Counted from the first letter of the stretch, positions 9,365 to 19,266 are shown. The stretch is DNA of 52,754 nucleotides from Nanobdellota archaeon (GCA_034722435.1 JAYENX010000003.1:1-52754); one strand, 5' to 3'. Numbers and translations are program-made. Notes: generated from the letters alone by a model not told the origin.

Positions 9365-9916
9365 TTGAAACAAAAAAATAAAAAAAAGAGAGATTGGCAT
9401 AAATTAGAAGTTTTTGTAGATAAAGCAATTCCTTATTTGCTTATTTTGTTATTAGTTTTAATAATTTTAGAGATATTTTATCATCATTTGATTGAACATT
9501 ATCTTTTATGGGTTGATATTGCTGACCACGTTATCATAGGTTTTTTTGTTGTGGATTTAGTGTTTAAGTGGAAAAAGTCGAGAAATTTGAAATATTTTCT
9601 GAAAACTTCGTGGTTGGATATACTTGCTGTATTTCCTTTTTATTTAATATTTAGATTGTTTGAAGAGATATTAATATTGGGCAGGTTTGGAGAGACTTTT
9701 GGAACAGGTCAGAAAATACTTCATGAGGGTCTTGAGGTTGAGAAAGAGGTAAGCAAAGTTGCTGCCGAAGTTGAAAAATCGGGAAAAGTATCAAGAACGA
9801 AAATGTTTGTCAGGTTTGTTAAACCTATACAAAGGATACCTAGATTTTTGAAAGCTTTTAGTTTTTTTGAGAAACCGGTTAGAAAGAAATATAAACAAAA
9901 AAGATCTAAACAATGA
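9365..9916 (+). CDS. Stand-alone voltage-sensor-like (Ion_trans S1-S4) membrane protein with no pore domain
   Basis: S2 [10 protein letters not shown]3 [14 protein letters not shown], basic S4-like [14 protein letters not shown]; no TVGYG filter. Confidence 0.65.
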   Translation: MKQKNKKKRDWHKLEVFVDKAIPYLLILLLVLIILEIFYHHLIEHYLLWVDIADHVIIGFFVVDLVFKWKKSRNLKYFLKTSWLDILAVFPFYLIFRLFEEILILGRFGETFGTGQKILHEGLEVEKEVSKVAAEVEKSGKVSRTKMFVRFVKPIQRIPRFLKAFSFFEKPVRKKYKQKRSKQ

Positions 9917-10110
9917 ATAACATGGATTGTGTTAATAAGGAAAAAAATTTAGAAAATTGTAATTGTACATATGAACCTTGTTCTAGAAAGGGTAAATGTT
10001 GTGAATGTGTGGCATATCATCGAAGTATGAATGAACTTCCTGCTTGTTTTTTTCCGGATAATGTTGAAAAAACATTTGATAGAAGTATAGAAAGGTTTAA
10101 GTCATTATGA
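9913..10110 (+). CDS. Small Cys-rich protein (DUF6485-like)
   Basis: [29 protein letters not shown]. Confidence 0.75.
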   Translation: MNNMDCVNKEKNLENCNCTYEPCSRKGKCCECVAYHRSMNELPACFFPDNVEKTFDRSIERFKSL

Positions 10111-10601
10111 AATATAAAAGTCGAATGAAAACTGAAGGGTATCAGGGTGCAACCTTTGGAGTTATGGAAGGGGTTATTATGATGCTTGGAGTTCTTATAG
10201 GTTTGAGTATGACAGGGAATAAGTCCATAGCTATATTGGGTGTTGTTACAGCTGGTGTTGCAGATGCTCTTGCTAATAGTTCTGCTTTTTATGTAAGTGA
10301 GGAAAGCGAAGGAATACATACTAAGAAAGAGGTCTGGAAAAGTACGTGGTGGGCTTTTGCAGGGACAGTTATTGCTGTAGTTTGTGTGTTGATACCTTTA
10401 CTTGTATTTGATCTGCCTAATGCGATATATGCTGCGTTCATCGTTGCTGTAGTACTTTTAATATTCTTAGCAATGTTTGTTGCTAAAAATTTAAAACTTA
10501 ATCTTAAGAAGTTAGTAATTAAATATGTTGTTATGGCTGTTGTTGTTGCAATAGCGACGTTCGTTGTAAGTAATCTTTTGTTACGGGTCCTAGTAATATG
10601 A
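10107..10601 (+). CDS. VIT1/CCC1-family metal transporter
   Basis: [35 protein letters not shown]; multiple TMs. Confidence 0.8.
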   Translation: MKYKSRMKTEGYQGATFGVMEGVIMMLGVLIGLSMTGNKSIAILGVVTAGVADALANSSAFYVSEESEGIHTKKEVWKSTWWAFAGTVIAVVCVLIPLLVFDLPNAIYAAFIVAVVLLIFLAMFVAKNLKLNLKKLVIKYVVMAVVVAIATFVVSNLLLRVLVI

Positions 10602-11191
10602 TAAAAGCTATTGTGTTTGATTTTTCTGGAGTTTTAGCTTTTCCTGGTAATTTTGATAAATTTGCGGAAGATTTTGCAAAGAAGTCAGGAAAAAATGTTA
10701 AAGATGTACATAAAGAGTTTCATATTTTTTGGCAGGATTGGAAAGTTGGTAAAATTAATTTTGATTTTGTAATTGATGGTATTATTAATATTTTTGAACT
10801 AGATAATACCTATAAAGATTGGATTAAAAAATATTTTATATCTTATTATACTTTTAATAAACCTATGATGGAATTTGTTCAAAGTATTAAAGGAAAGTAC
10901 CAATTATATGTATTATCTAATCATACTTCTGAACTTTATTGGAGTTTTTCTAAAAAATTTGAACTTAATACGATTTTTGATGATGAATATATTTCGTGTG
11001 ATATGGGTTTAGCTAAACCTCATAAAGAAATATTTGAAGTTTTTTTGAAAAAAACAAATTTGAAAGCGAATGAGTGTATATTCATAGATAATCAAGATTG
11101 GAATTTAGTAGAACCAAAGAAATTAGGTTTTCATGTTGTTTATTATGAAGTATTTGATAAGTTTGAAAAAGATATGAATAAATTATTGTAG
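10598..11191 (+). CDS. HAD-superfamily phosphatase
   Basis: IVFDFSGVL, VLSNH, KPHKEIF, IFIDNQ. Confidence 0.88.
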   Translation: MIKAIVFDFSGVLAFPGNFDKFAEDFAKKSGKNVKDVHKEFHIFWQDWKVGKINFDFVIDGIINIFELDNTYKDWIKKYFISYYTFNKPMMEFVQSIKGKYQLYVLSNHTSELYWSFSKKFELNTIFDDEYISCDMGLAKPHKEIFEVFLKKTNLKANECIFIDNQDWNLVEPKKLGFHVVYYEVFDKFEKDMNKLL

Positions 11192-11291
11192 TTCTTAGTT
11201 TTTAAATGAAATAGTTATCTTTAAATATAACTGGTTTGTTTTTCATATTTCTTTTAAAATAACATATATGTTGTATATGTTTTAGGGGGTT

Positions 11292-11939
11292 ATGATTATG
11301 AAAACAAATAATATTACTAAAGGAAATAAAGGTAAGGACGAGCGAAGATGGGAAGGTGCAGATAAAATCTTTCTTAGGCTTGAACATTCGCAAGAGTCTA
11401 CTGAGAGAGGATATTCAGATTCTGAGATTTTAGATTTAGGGGTTGAGAGGTTGGCAAAACCTTGGCCGGGTAAAAATGTTAGATCAAAAGATAAAGTTCC
11501 AAGGCATGTTGTGAAACGAGCAGAGACTCTTATTAGTGAAGGGTGTATGACTGAGGAAAATGTTGAGGAATTGTTTTTTGAATACAAACAAAGGCTTAAT
11601 TCATCTCCTGTTTATGATTATGAGTCTGCAAAATCTTTTGCTGATTATCTTGTAGAACGTGCACCAAGCGCAGTTAGTAAATTAAAACATGTTGATCTTA
11701 CATTTATTGGTCGTATATATGTAGAATGGACTGCATTAAATTGTCAGTATGCAGATGCACAAAGAAATTCGTCAGGTGCTGGTGAGAGTTTGAGAATGAA
11801 TTATAGGAATTCAACAAAATCTCTTGAAAACAGTATAAGTGATTTCAAAAAGGTTCATGGACTTGAAGTTAAAGTGTTGAGAACGTTGGAATTTCGATTT
11901 CAGAAATTAAGAAAGGATAAAGGTCCTTACAAAGGTTAA
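11292..11939 (+). CDS. Hypothetical protein
   Basis: 215-aa ORF, no motif recognised. Confidence 0.5.
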   Translation: MIMKTNNITKGNKGKDERRWEGADKIFLRLEHSQESTERGYSDSEILDLGVERLAKPWPGKNVRSKDKVPRHVVKRAETLISEGCMTEENVEELFFEYKQRLNSSPVYDYESAKSFADYLVERAPSAVSKLKHVDLTFIGRIYVEWTALNCQYADAQRNSSGAGESLRMNYRNSTKSLENSISDFKKVHGLEVKVLRTLEFRFQKLRKDKGPYKG

Positions 11940-11954
11940 TTTTTTTATTTAATT

Positions 11955-11984
11955 ATCATCATCATTATTATTATTATTATTATT
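11955..11984. repeat. Trinucleotide microsatellite (ATC)3(ATT)7
   Basis: Read directly; followed by a G6 run about 10 nt before the ATG at 12002. Confidence 0.9.
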
Positions 11985-12001
11985 ACGGGGGGAAAAATAC
12001 G

Positions 12002-12352
12002 ATGTATACGAATATAGAGATAGGAAATTTAGAGACAAAAACAAGGGAATCTGAAGCTTTAATGATGCCGAATGATTTTCATGATGATGTTGTTAATATC
12101 TTATTAGGCCAGTATAATAAATGGGTGGGGATACATGCTCATTATATGATGGCACAGATATCGGATAAGATTACGCCTGAGATTGAAGCGGAGTATGAAG
12201 TTGTAACTCAGAGTCTTGATAGAAATTTGAAATATTATGTTTCTGAACAGTCAAATGTTAGACCTATTGTTAAACATATTAAGAAAAAATTTAATTCTTT
12301 AAGGCTTGATAGAGCAAGTACTTTAACTTTGCTTGTCAGAGAGAAAAAGTAA
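12002..12352 (+). CDS. Hypothetical protein
   Basis: 116-aa ORF with ATG start. Confidence 0.5.
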   Translation: MYTNIEIGNLETKTRESEALMMPNDFHDDVVNILLGQYNKWVGIHAHYMMAQISDKITPEIEAEYEVVTQSLDRNLKYYVSEQSNVRPIVKHIKKKFNSLRLDRASTLTLLVREKK

Positions 12353-13288
12353 ATTATAAATTTCTTTTATTTTTTTAATATCTTTTGCAATCATAAGTTT
12401 TTTTCTTAGATCTTTAGCACCTGGAGCATATTTCATGAACCACATTGCGTGTTGTCTTATTTCTGCAAAACGTTCTCTTGGTACGTATTTGTCGTAATAT
12501 TTCAGGAATTGAATAAACATGTCATGAATATCTTTATTTTCTGTTAAGGAATATTTACCTTTTTTGAAAAAGTCTGTGCATTGTTTGAATATGAACGGGT
12601 TACCGATTGCGCCTCGTCCTATCATGACTGCATCGCATTTTGTTTGTTCAAGCATTGATTTTGCATCTTCAGGTTTAAAGATGTCTCCGTTACCTATGAC
12701 GGGAATGTTAACTTTTTCTTTTACTTGTTTAATGGCTGTCCAGTTAGCTTTTCCTGCGTATACTTGTTGTTTTGTCCTTGCATGGACTGCGATTGCGTTT
12801 ATTCCAAGATTTTCTAATATTTTTGCAACTTTAGTATGGTTCAAAGATTGCGAGTCCCAACCTATTCTGATTTTTGCAGTTACTGGTTTGTTCGTGTTGG
12901 ATATGACTGGTTTTACAACGCGTTCTATTTGTTCGGGATGTTTAATGAAATATGAACCTGCTTTTAGTGCAAGAACGTTTGACATTGGGCAGCCAAAGTT
13001 TATGTCGATTATATCTGCATGTTTTTTTATAATTTCTGTAGCAGTTTTCATTGATTCTGGTTTAGTTCCTACTAATTGGATAGATATTGGTTTTTCTTTT
13101 TCAATAACATCTACATATCTTTCCATGAATGAATCTTTAGCTGCTACTACTCCGTCAGCGTGTAGCATTTGGCTATAGACTAAAGATGCTCCTTGTTCTT
13201 TACAAAGTAGTCTAAACGCTGAACAGTTGATACCGTCTAATGGAGCAAGGATGAACGGATTCTTGAGTTTTATTTTGCCGATTTTCAT
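12323..13288 (-). CDS. dusB: tRNA-dihydrouridine synthase (DusB-like)
   Basis: LAPLDG, IDINFGCP, VTAKIRIGWD, VHART, VIGNGDI, VMIGRGAIGNP. Confidence 0.93.
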   Translation of the reverse strand: MKIGKIKLKNPFILAPLDGINCSAFRLLCKEQGASLVYSQMLHADGVVAAKDSFMERYVDVIEKEKPISIQLVGTKPESMKTATEIIKKHADIIDINFGCPMSNVLALKAGSYFIKHPEQIERVVKPVISNTNKPVTAKIRIGWDSQSLNHTKVAKILENLGINAIAVHARTKQQVYAGKANWTAIKQVKEKVNIPVIGNGDIFKPEDAKSMLEQTKCDAVMIGRGAIGNPFIFKQCTDFFKKGKYSLTENKDIHDMFIQFLKYYDKYVPRERFAEIRQHAMWFMKYAPGAKDLRKKLMIAKDIKKIKEIYNLLFLSDKQS

Positions 13289-13516
13289 TGTTGATGTTTA
13301 TACCTTTGTTTTTATTTAAAGTTTAGTCATATTTTAACTTTATTGTTTATTTTAATTCTCATTAAATTTTGTCATTCATGTAATTTTTATTTTTATATGG
13401 ATAATAAATATTTTTTGTTGTATCATAATTAGTAATTTACTTGTTTGCTTGCTTATTTACTTGCTTTTAGGGGGTTATAATTTAATCATAACATTAATAA
13501 GAGTATTATTATAATT

Positions 13517-13882
13517 ATGAATTTTATGAGATTTAAAAGAGTGTCAGAGTTTGAGAACGAGGTCAAGGATGGTGTGAAGATTTGTAGGAACTGTGATAAA
13601 CCTGTGGCTAAAGGCAGAAGACATTATTGTTCTAAAAAGTGTATGCAAGAATTTAATATATCTCATGACTGGTATTGGATAAGGAAAGCTATTTTGAGAC
13701 GTGATAAGTATAAATGTAGTATTTGTAAACAAAGGATGAGAAAACGTTTTTTAGATGTCGATCATATAATTCCGCTTAGGATGGGTGGGGACCCTTATGA
13801 TAAAGATAATTTAAGATTACTTTGCAAAGAATGTCATAAGGCTAAGACTAAGTTAGATCAGGATGTATTGAATTCAATCTGA
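13517..13882 (+). CDS. HNH endonuclease with N-terminal Zn-binding motif
   Basis: CRNC..CSKKC; RRDKYKCSIC; DVDHIIPLRMGG..DNLRLLCKECH. Confidence 0.9.
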   Translation: MNFMRFKRVSEFENEVKDGVKICRNCDKPVAKGRRHYCSKKCMQEFNISHDWYWIRKAILRRDKYKCSICKQRMRKRFLDVDHIIPLRMGGDPYDKDNLRLLCKECHKAKTKLDQDVLNSI

Positions 13883-14116
13883 TTGTAGAGATTCTGTTTT
13901 TTGTTCTAGTTTGCTGGCGATACGTTCTGCTGTTGTATTAAGTTTTTCAACTTGGCCGGAGATCATTTTAAACAGTTTTGTATATGAATCGTAAATTGGA
14001 CAGACTCCTTCTTGAACATTTGTATTATCGCAAGTTTCTCTGAAATTTTCTTTAAACATAGATGTGTAGTTATTGTCTTGGTAAGCTTCGCACATTTCTT
14101 TTAGTTCGCATGGCAT
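13874..14116 (-). CDS. Small hypothetical protein
   Basis: 80-aa ORF with Cys residues and a coiled-coil-like C-terminus. Confidence 0.5.
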   Translation of the reverse strand: MPCELKEMCEAYQDNNYTSMFKENFRETCDNTNVQEGVCPIYDSYTKLFKMISGQVEKLNTTAERIASKLEQKTESLQSD

Positions 14117-14252
14117 TTTAGGTTTAGAAGGTTTAGATTATATTTAAAGATTTTTAATAGTTGTTTTGTTTTTTGTTTTTTATTTTATACTTTATATTTT
14201 ATATTCTCTATTATCATAATATTTTTAAATATGTTATTTCTTTTTTATAATC

Positions 14253-14561
14253 ATGGCATTACAAAATCTTGACTCATTGAAGGGATCGTATGTTCAGGTT
14301 GTTATGAATTTGGATTCTTTAGAGCAGGATTTAAGAGGTGAATGCGGCAGGTTTACTTATATTGGAAAGTTACAATCTTATGATGTTTCTAGTATGACCT
14401 TAAAGCCATTTGATGTTTTTAGGCCGGATATTCCATGTTTGGCAGAGTTAGGGTATAATCAGGATGCAGTTTTAAGATTGTTGAGAGATCGGGATGAATC
14501 AACTGCGGAAGAGATAAAAGTGGAAAGAGTAAATACTCTTAATATTGAAAAATTAGTTTAA
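14253..14561 (+). CDS. Hypothetical protein
   Basis: 102-aa ORF with ATG start. Confidence 0.5.
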   Translation: MALQNLDSLKGSYVQVVMNLDSLEQDLRGECGRFTYIGKLQSYDVSSMTLKPFDVFRPDIPCLAELGYNQDAVLRLLRDRDESTAEEIKVERVNTLNIEKLV

Positions 14562-14602
14562 TTCTAACAAAATTAATAAACACTAAATAAATTATTCTTA
14601 TT

Positions 14603-15373
14603 ATGACATCAATATTACAAGCAATCATATTAGGTGCTGTTCAGGGCGTAACTGAATGGTTGCCAGTGTCAAGTTCTGGTCATTTAGTTATTTTTCAGCA
14701 GTTTATGGGACTTTCAGTTCCTTTATTGTTTAATATCTTTTTACATTTAGGGACTTTGCTTGTTATAGTTCTAGTCTTCTTTAAAGATATAATAGGAATA
14801 TTGAAAGCGTTGTTTAAGTTAGATTTTAAATCTGAATATGGTAAGTTGTTGTTGTATATTATTATAGGAACAATACCTACTGGATTAATCGGTTATTATT
14901 TTCATGATATGTTTGAAAGCTTTTTTTTGAGTTTAAGAGTTGTTAGTATTGCTTTACTTGTGACAGGAGTTGTACTTTTTATTTCGGAAAGATGGGAGAA
15001 ACGAAAAGCTATGAACTGGTTTGATTCTGTTTTGATAGGTATAGTTCAAGGTTTAGCAATTGTACCTGGAATTTCTAGGAGCGGTTCAACAATCAGTGTT
15101 GGTTTATTGCGAGGTGTTGAGAAGAAAAAGGTTGCAAGGTTTTCGTTCTTGTTATCTATACCTGCTATAATCGGTGCCGCTATACTTGAATTTGATATTA
15201 CTGCTTTAAGTAATGATTTGGTTCCGATAATTGTTGGGACTCTTGTTTCTGTTGTAGTGGGGTACGTATCATTAAAATGGTTATTGAACTTAATAATGCA
15301 GAAGAAGTTTCATTATTTTGCTTATTATTGTTTTGTTGTTGGCGGTTTATTATTAATTTATACTTTTTTTTAG
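14603..15373 (+). CDS. uppP: Undecaprenyl-diphosphate phosphatase (BacA/UppP)
   Basis: GAVQGVTEWLPVSSSGHL, PGISRSGSTI, ARFSFLLSIPAI. Confidence 0.95.
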   Translation: MTSILQAIILGAVQGVTEWLPVSSSGHLVIFQQFMGLSVPLLFNIFLHLGTLLVIVLVFFKDIIGILKALFKLDFKSEYGKLLLYIIIGTIPTGLIGYYFHDMFESFFLSLRVVSIALLVTGVVLFISERWEKRKAMNWFDSVLIGIVQGLAIVPGISRSGSTISVGLLRGVEKKKVARFSFLLSIPAIIGAAILEFDITALSNDLVPIIVGTLVSVVVGYVSLKWLLNLIMQKKFHYFAYYCFVVGGLLLIYTFF

Positions 15374-15406
15374 AATATGGTTTTTGTAATAAAGGAAAGA
15401 AAAAAA

Positions 15407-15763
15407 TTAATTTTTAAGTTTTTGATATGCTATATTACTAATTGCGCGCATAGTAATATCATTTCTTATATCAACCCATTCACTGTCTTGAACAATAATG
15501 TCTAAATTGTCTTCTAATTCCATTTGCATTTCTACAAATTCAAGGGAGTCTAATCCTAGTTCGGCTATTAATCGTGTATCTATGGATTTAGGGTCTGCTT
15601 GTGCATATTTGCCAATAAGTTTGTATACTTCTGACATTGCTCTTTCTCCTGTTTCGGGATTAAAGTCTGAGTATGATCTCCGAAGATAATCCATGCCCTG
15701 TCTAAGTAATTCTTTTTTTTTTGTGCCTAATTTAAAACTATTTTCATTTTCTGTTATGGTCAT
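15407..15763 (-). CDS. Acyl-carrier-protein-like protein with N-terminal extension
   Basis: Phosphopantetheine attachment motif LIAELGLDSLEFVEMQMELED. Confidence 0.75.
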   Translation of the reverse strand: MTITENENSFKLGTKKKELLRQGMDYLRRSYSDFNPETGERAMSEVYKLIGKYAQADPKSIDTRLIAELGLDSLEFVEMQMELEDNLDIIVQDSEWVDIRNDITMRAISNIAYQKLKN

Positions 15764-15814
15764 AATTTCTCACCAGAATTTGTTTATTTATAGAATTTTA
15801 AAAGTATTCGTATA

Positions 15815-16264
15815 CTAGAAAATACTCTTTGCAAATTCTTTTGCTTTGTCGAAGTCTTCTTCATTAGGACGGTCTTTTGCTATTCCGCCTATAAGTTTAA
15901 AAGGGCCCCATTTAGTGAAACCTTTGCAAGTGAACTCTCCAACTAAATTGAAACTTTTATTTGTTAAGATTTTTTTAAATTTAGAATGGTAACTGGTTTT
16001 ACCGCTTGCGCTCGTAGAAATAATGAACACTTTTTTGTCTGATGATTTAAGTTTTGTAACAAATTCTTTTATTGGTTTTTCAAAGTCGAACGCGTTTATG
16101 CCTGATGCAAAACCAATCATGTCTGCATCTATGAAATCTTTATCAGTAGCTTTATTTACCGGGATGAGGTTTACTTCATGTTTTAATTTAAGAACGGATG
16201 TAATTGCTTCTGCTATTTTTAGAGTGTTATTAGTTCTTGTAAAGTAAATTATGTTTATCTTCAT
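15815..16264 (-). CDS. Flavodoxin-like protein
   Basis: IIYFTRTNNTLKIAEAI, GEFTCKG, GRPN-like KDRPNEEDFDKAKEFA. Confidence 0.85.
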   Translation of the reverse strand: MKINIIYFTRTNNTLKIAEAITSVLKLKHEVNLIPVNKATDKDFIDADMIGFASGINAFDFEKPIKEFVTKLKSSDKKVFIISTSASGKTSYHSKFKKILTNKSFNLVGEFTCKGFTKWGPFKLIGGIAKDRPNEEDFDKAKEFAKSIF

Positions 16265-16490
16265 ATCATTGTTTTTTCAAGAATGAATATTTAAATTTAT
16301 TGTTTATTTTGTTTTTGTAGAAAGTTTTTTGTTTATAATATTCTTTGTTTATTACGATCTGATCTCTGTATATTTATTAGGGTTGAGTGCGATAGCTTCA
16401 AGGCATTCTTCAATACTTTCGCCGATTGTTATATGGACAGGAGTGAATTTTTGTGGTTTGTTGTAACCAATAAGCTCTGGATGTAAACAA

Positions 16491-16883
16491 CTAAGGGATA
16501 ATATAAATTGCGAAGGGGGGGGTATCTTTTGTATAAACTTTACCGGAGAGAAGTGTTCTTTCAACTGTTCCAATTATTTCGTGTTCTTTTCTAAATTCGT
16601 ATTTTCTGTGTTTGCCAAGTGTTTTTGAGTTTGTTCTTTGAAACTGTTCATAAAAATGACTTGCTTGTAAAAAGAAGTCTTCAACATTGGTCATGTCTAT
16701 ATTTTCTACTTGGGCAATGATTTCAAGAGATTTATATTCTTGAGGTGTGCTAAATGCCACTGTTTTAACGAGTGGGCAGAATCTGTCTCCAAAATCAGCT
16801 AGAAATATGCCATTTTTTGTTCCTGCGATTTTTTCTTTTTTGTAAAATTTTCTTAGAGTAGAAGTTTTGATGTATTTAGCCAT
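16491..16883 (-). CDS. Hypothetical protein
   Basis: 130-aa ORF with ATG start. Confidence 0.5.
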   Translation of the reverse strand: MAKYIKTSTLRKFYKKEKIAGTKNGIFLADFGDRFCPLVKTVAFSTPQEYKSLEIIAQVENIDMTNVEDFFLQASHFYEQFQRTNSKTLGKHRKYEFRKEHEIIGTVERTLLSGKVYTKDTPPFAIYIIP

Positions 16884-16954
16884 ATTAAGCTTATAATCTA
16901 AAGTATTTAATAAGGATTTTTATACTACAATATATAGGAATTTGTGAGAATTTA

Positions 16955-16970
16955 CGCATAAATTTATAAA
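16955..16970 (+). promoter_or_regulatory. Archaeal BRE/TATA promoter of rpl15e, implying a leader of about 170 nt
   Basis: cgcataaa-tttataaa; GGAGG RBS before ATG 17165. Confidence 0.55.
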
Positions 16971-17027
16971 TGACTTGCTGAATTCACTGTATATTGCAAT
17001 GTGGGCAGTAGCTTGCCTGAAGCAAAA

Positions 17028-17130
17028 GAACCCTTTCGTTTGTTGTTACATTTTTATTAATTTAAATGTAGCATCAAGGATTGTCTGACGAATAGCATTT
17101 TGGCTCACTGGCCAATATTGGCAAGGGTTT
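17028..17130 (+). ncRNA. Structured intergenic element, copy 1 of 3 (unknown family)
   Basis: Closing stem gaaccctt/aagggttt; internal hairpin tgttacattt/aaatgtagca; core aatagcattttggctcactggccaatattggc shared with 44805..44836. Confidence 0.6.
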
Positions 17131-17164
17131 TTTAAATTGAGAAAACAATGGAGGCTAAGTTAAA

Positions 17165-17773
17165 ATGGGATTATATAAACATATTAGAAATTTGTGGAAG
17201 AAACCTTCTGCTAACATGCCAGAGGTAATGCGTTCTAGATTAATTACATGGCGTAAAGAGCCTGTATCGGTAAGAGTTGAAAGACCTACAAGGCTTGATA
17301 AAGCTCGTTCATTAGGGTACAAGGCTAAACCTGGATATATTATAGTGAGACAAAGAGTTCTTAGAGGCGGACATATGAGGCCTAGTGGTAGAGCTGGTAG
17401 ACGTCCTAAAAATAATAGGAGAAAGTTAAGTCTTGATAAAGGTTATAAACAAATTGCAGAGGAAAGAGTTAGTAGAAAATATCCTAACTGTGAAGTTCTT
17501 AACACTTATTTTGTTGTTAAAGATGGTATGTATTATTGGTTTGAGATTATTTTAGTAGATAGAAGTCATCCTGTTATCGTTAAAGATCCAAAGATTAACT
17601 GGATTACAAAGAAGAAGGGTAGAGCTTTCAGAGGTTTAACAGCTGCTGGAAGAAAAAGTAGAGGTCTTCTTCATAAGGGTAAAGGTGCTGAACATCTAAG
17701 ACCTTCGAAAACTGCATATCATAAGCGGAAAACTTCAAAGCAAAGAAAGAGTCAATATTATAAGATTGATTAA
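17165..17773 (+). CDS. rpl15e: 50S ribosomal protein L15e
   Basis: [56 protein letters not shown]. Confidence 0.97.
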   Translation: MGLYKHIRNLWKKPSANMPEVMRSRLITWRKEPVSVRVERPTRLDKARSLGYKAKPGYIIVRQRVLRGGHMRPSGRAGRRPKNNRRKLSLDKGYKQIAEERVSRKYPNCEVLNTYFVVKDGMYYWFEIILVDRSHPVIVKDPKINWITKKKGRAFRGLTAAGRKSRGLLHKGKGAEHLRPSKTAYHKRKTSKQRKSQYYKID

Positions 17774-17950
17774 TTCTTTTATTTTTTATTTTTTCTTTAA
17801 TGTTTTTAAATTTGTTTGATTAGTAAATTAATATTTGTTTTTTTAAATGGAACTTAGTTTCATAAGACTTTAAATGCGTTTAAACACATAGAAAAACTTA
17901 TAAATAAGCAACTTAAATGTAATCGTAAAAGTAAGGGTGGTGTATATAAA

Positions 17951-19231
17951 ATGAATGAAGATAATAATGAAAGACCTGTAGCTTCTGAAAGTGTGGTTTT
18001 TAAGGAAGAACCTAAGTTTGAGTTTTCTAAGAAAGAAGAATCAAAAGAAGCTAAGAATTATAATGAAAAAACAAAGAAAGGTTCTACTAGTCTTTGGGCA
18101 ATAGTGGGAATCTTAGTAATAGCGCTTGCATTATCAATATTTACGTCAGGTTTTAGAGATTGGGGTTTTGGAAGTGATTCTCCAACTTCGGCTGTGGTAG
18201 CTGTTGATGCTATTGAAGCAGGTGATTTAACATTTACGATTCTTAATGATGCTGAGTGTACAGAGTGTGATACTCAGAATGTTAAGCAAGTAACAGAACA
18301 GTTATTCCCTGAAGTTAAAATTATAGAAGTGGAATATGATTCAGATGAAGGACGAGAGATATATGATAAATATCAATTACAATATTTGCCAGCTTATCTT
18401 TTTTCAGCTGATGTAGAGCAACACGCTTCCTATCAACAAGTAGGACCTGCGCTTATCAGTGTAGAAGATAAATTTTTAATCAATCCTCAGTCTAGCGGTT
18501 CAACTTATGATCCTAATGGTGAGAAGTGTGAGAACGGTGTTGATGATAATGATGATGGTTTAGTAGATTGTGATGATCCTGATTGTGAAGGAAAACTTGT
18601 ATGCATGGAAAAGAAAAATGTTCCTGAAGTTGAAGCTTTTGTAATGAGTCATTGTCCGTTTGGTACACAGATTGAGAAAGGTCTTTTACCAGTGGTTGAA
18701 GAACTTGGTTCAGATATAGATTTTAAGTTAAGGTTTGTACATTATGCTATGCATGCTGAAACTGAAGTTTATGAACAACTTAACCAGTACTGTATCCAGA
18801 AGGATCAAGAGAAAAAGCTTATACCTTATTTAGAATGTTTCCTTGAAGAAGGTAAAGGCGAAGATTGTCTTGAAGAAGTTAATATTGATGCAGACTTACT
18901 TGATGAATGTGTAGAAGAAACAGATGAAGAGTTTAGTATCACTGCTAATCTTGAAGACGAAAGTACTTGGCTTGGTCAGTTTCCACCGTTTAATGTTGAC
19001 AAAGATTTGACAGATAAGTATGGTGTACAGGGTAGTCCGACACTTGTAGTGAACGGTATTGTTGTAGAAACTGGAAGAGATGCTGCAAGTTTGATGAATG
19101 CTATTTGTTATGGTTTCAAGGATAAGCCTGAAGCGTGTGATGCTGATATGTCGTCAACTTCGCCTGCGCCAGGTTTTGGATTTGAAGCTGCTTCAACAGG
19201 TGCTGCTGCAAGTGATGCAACATGCGGTTAA
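17951..19231 (+). CDS. Membrane-anchored thioredoxin/DsbA-fold protein
   Basis: Single N-terminal TM; CTEC; FVMSHCPFG; GVQGSPTLVVNG; acidic CENGVDDNDDGLVDCDDPDC insert. Confidence 0.7.
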   Translation: MNEDNNERPVASESVVFKEEPKFEFSKKEESKEAKNYNEKTKKGSTSLWAIVGILVIALALSIFTSGFRDWGFGSDSPTSAVVAVDAIEAGDLTFTILNDAECTECDTQNVKQVTEQLFPEVKIIEVEYDSDEGREIYDKYQLQYLPAYLFSADVEQHASYQQVGPALISVEDKFLINPQSSGSTYDPNGEKCENGVDDNDDGLVDCDDPDCEGKLVCMEKKNVPEVEAFVMSHCPFGTQIEKGLLPVVEELGSDIDFKLRFVHYAMHAETEVYEQLNQYCIQKDQEKKLIPYLECFLEEGKGEDCLEEVNIDADLLDECVEETDEEFSITANLEDESTWLGQFPPFNVDKDLTDKYGVQGSPTLVVNGIVVETGRDAASLMNAICYGFKDKPEACDADMSSTSPAPGFGFEAASTGAAASDATCG

Positions 19232-19266
19232 ATTTTTTATTTTTTTATTAATTTAATTTTCTTAAA

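Noticed and set aside
17084-17125. CTGACGA looks like a hammerhead ribozyme core
   Set aside because: No GAAA after the following stem, and copies 2 and 3 of the element lack CTGANGA
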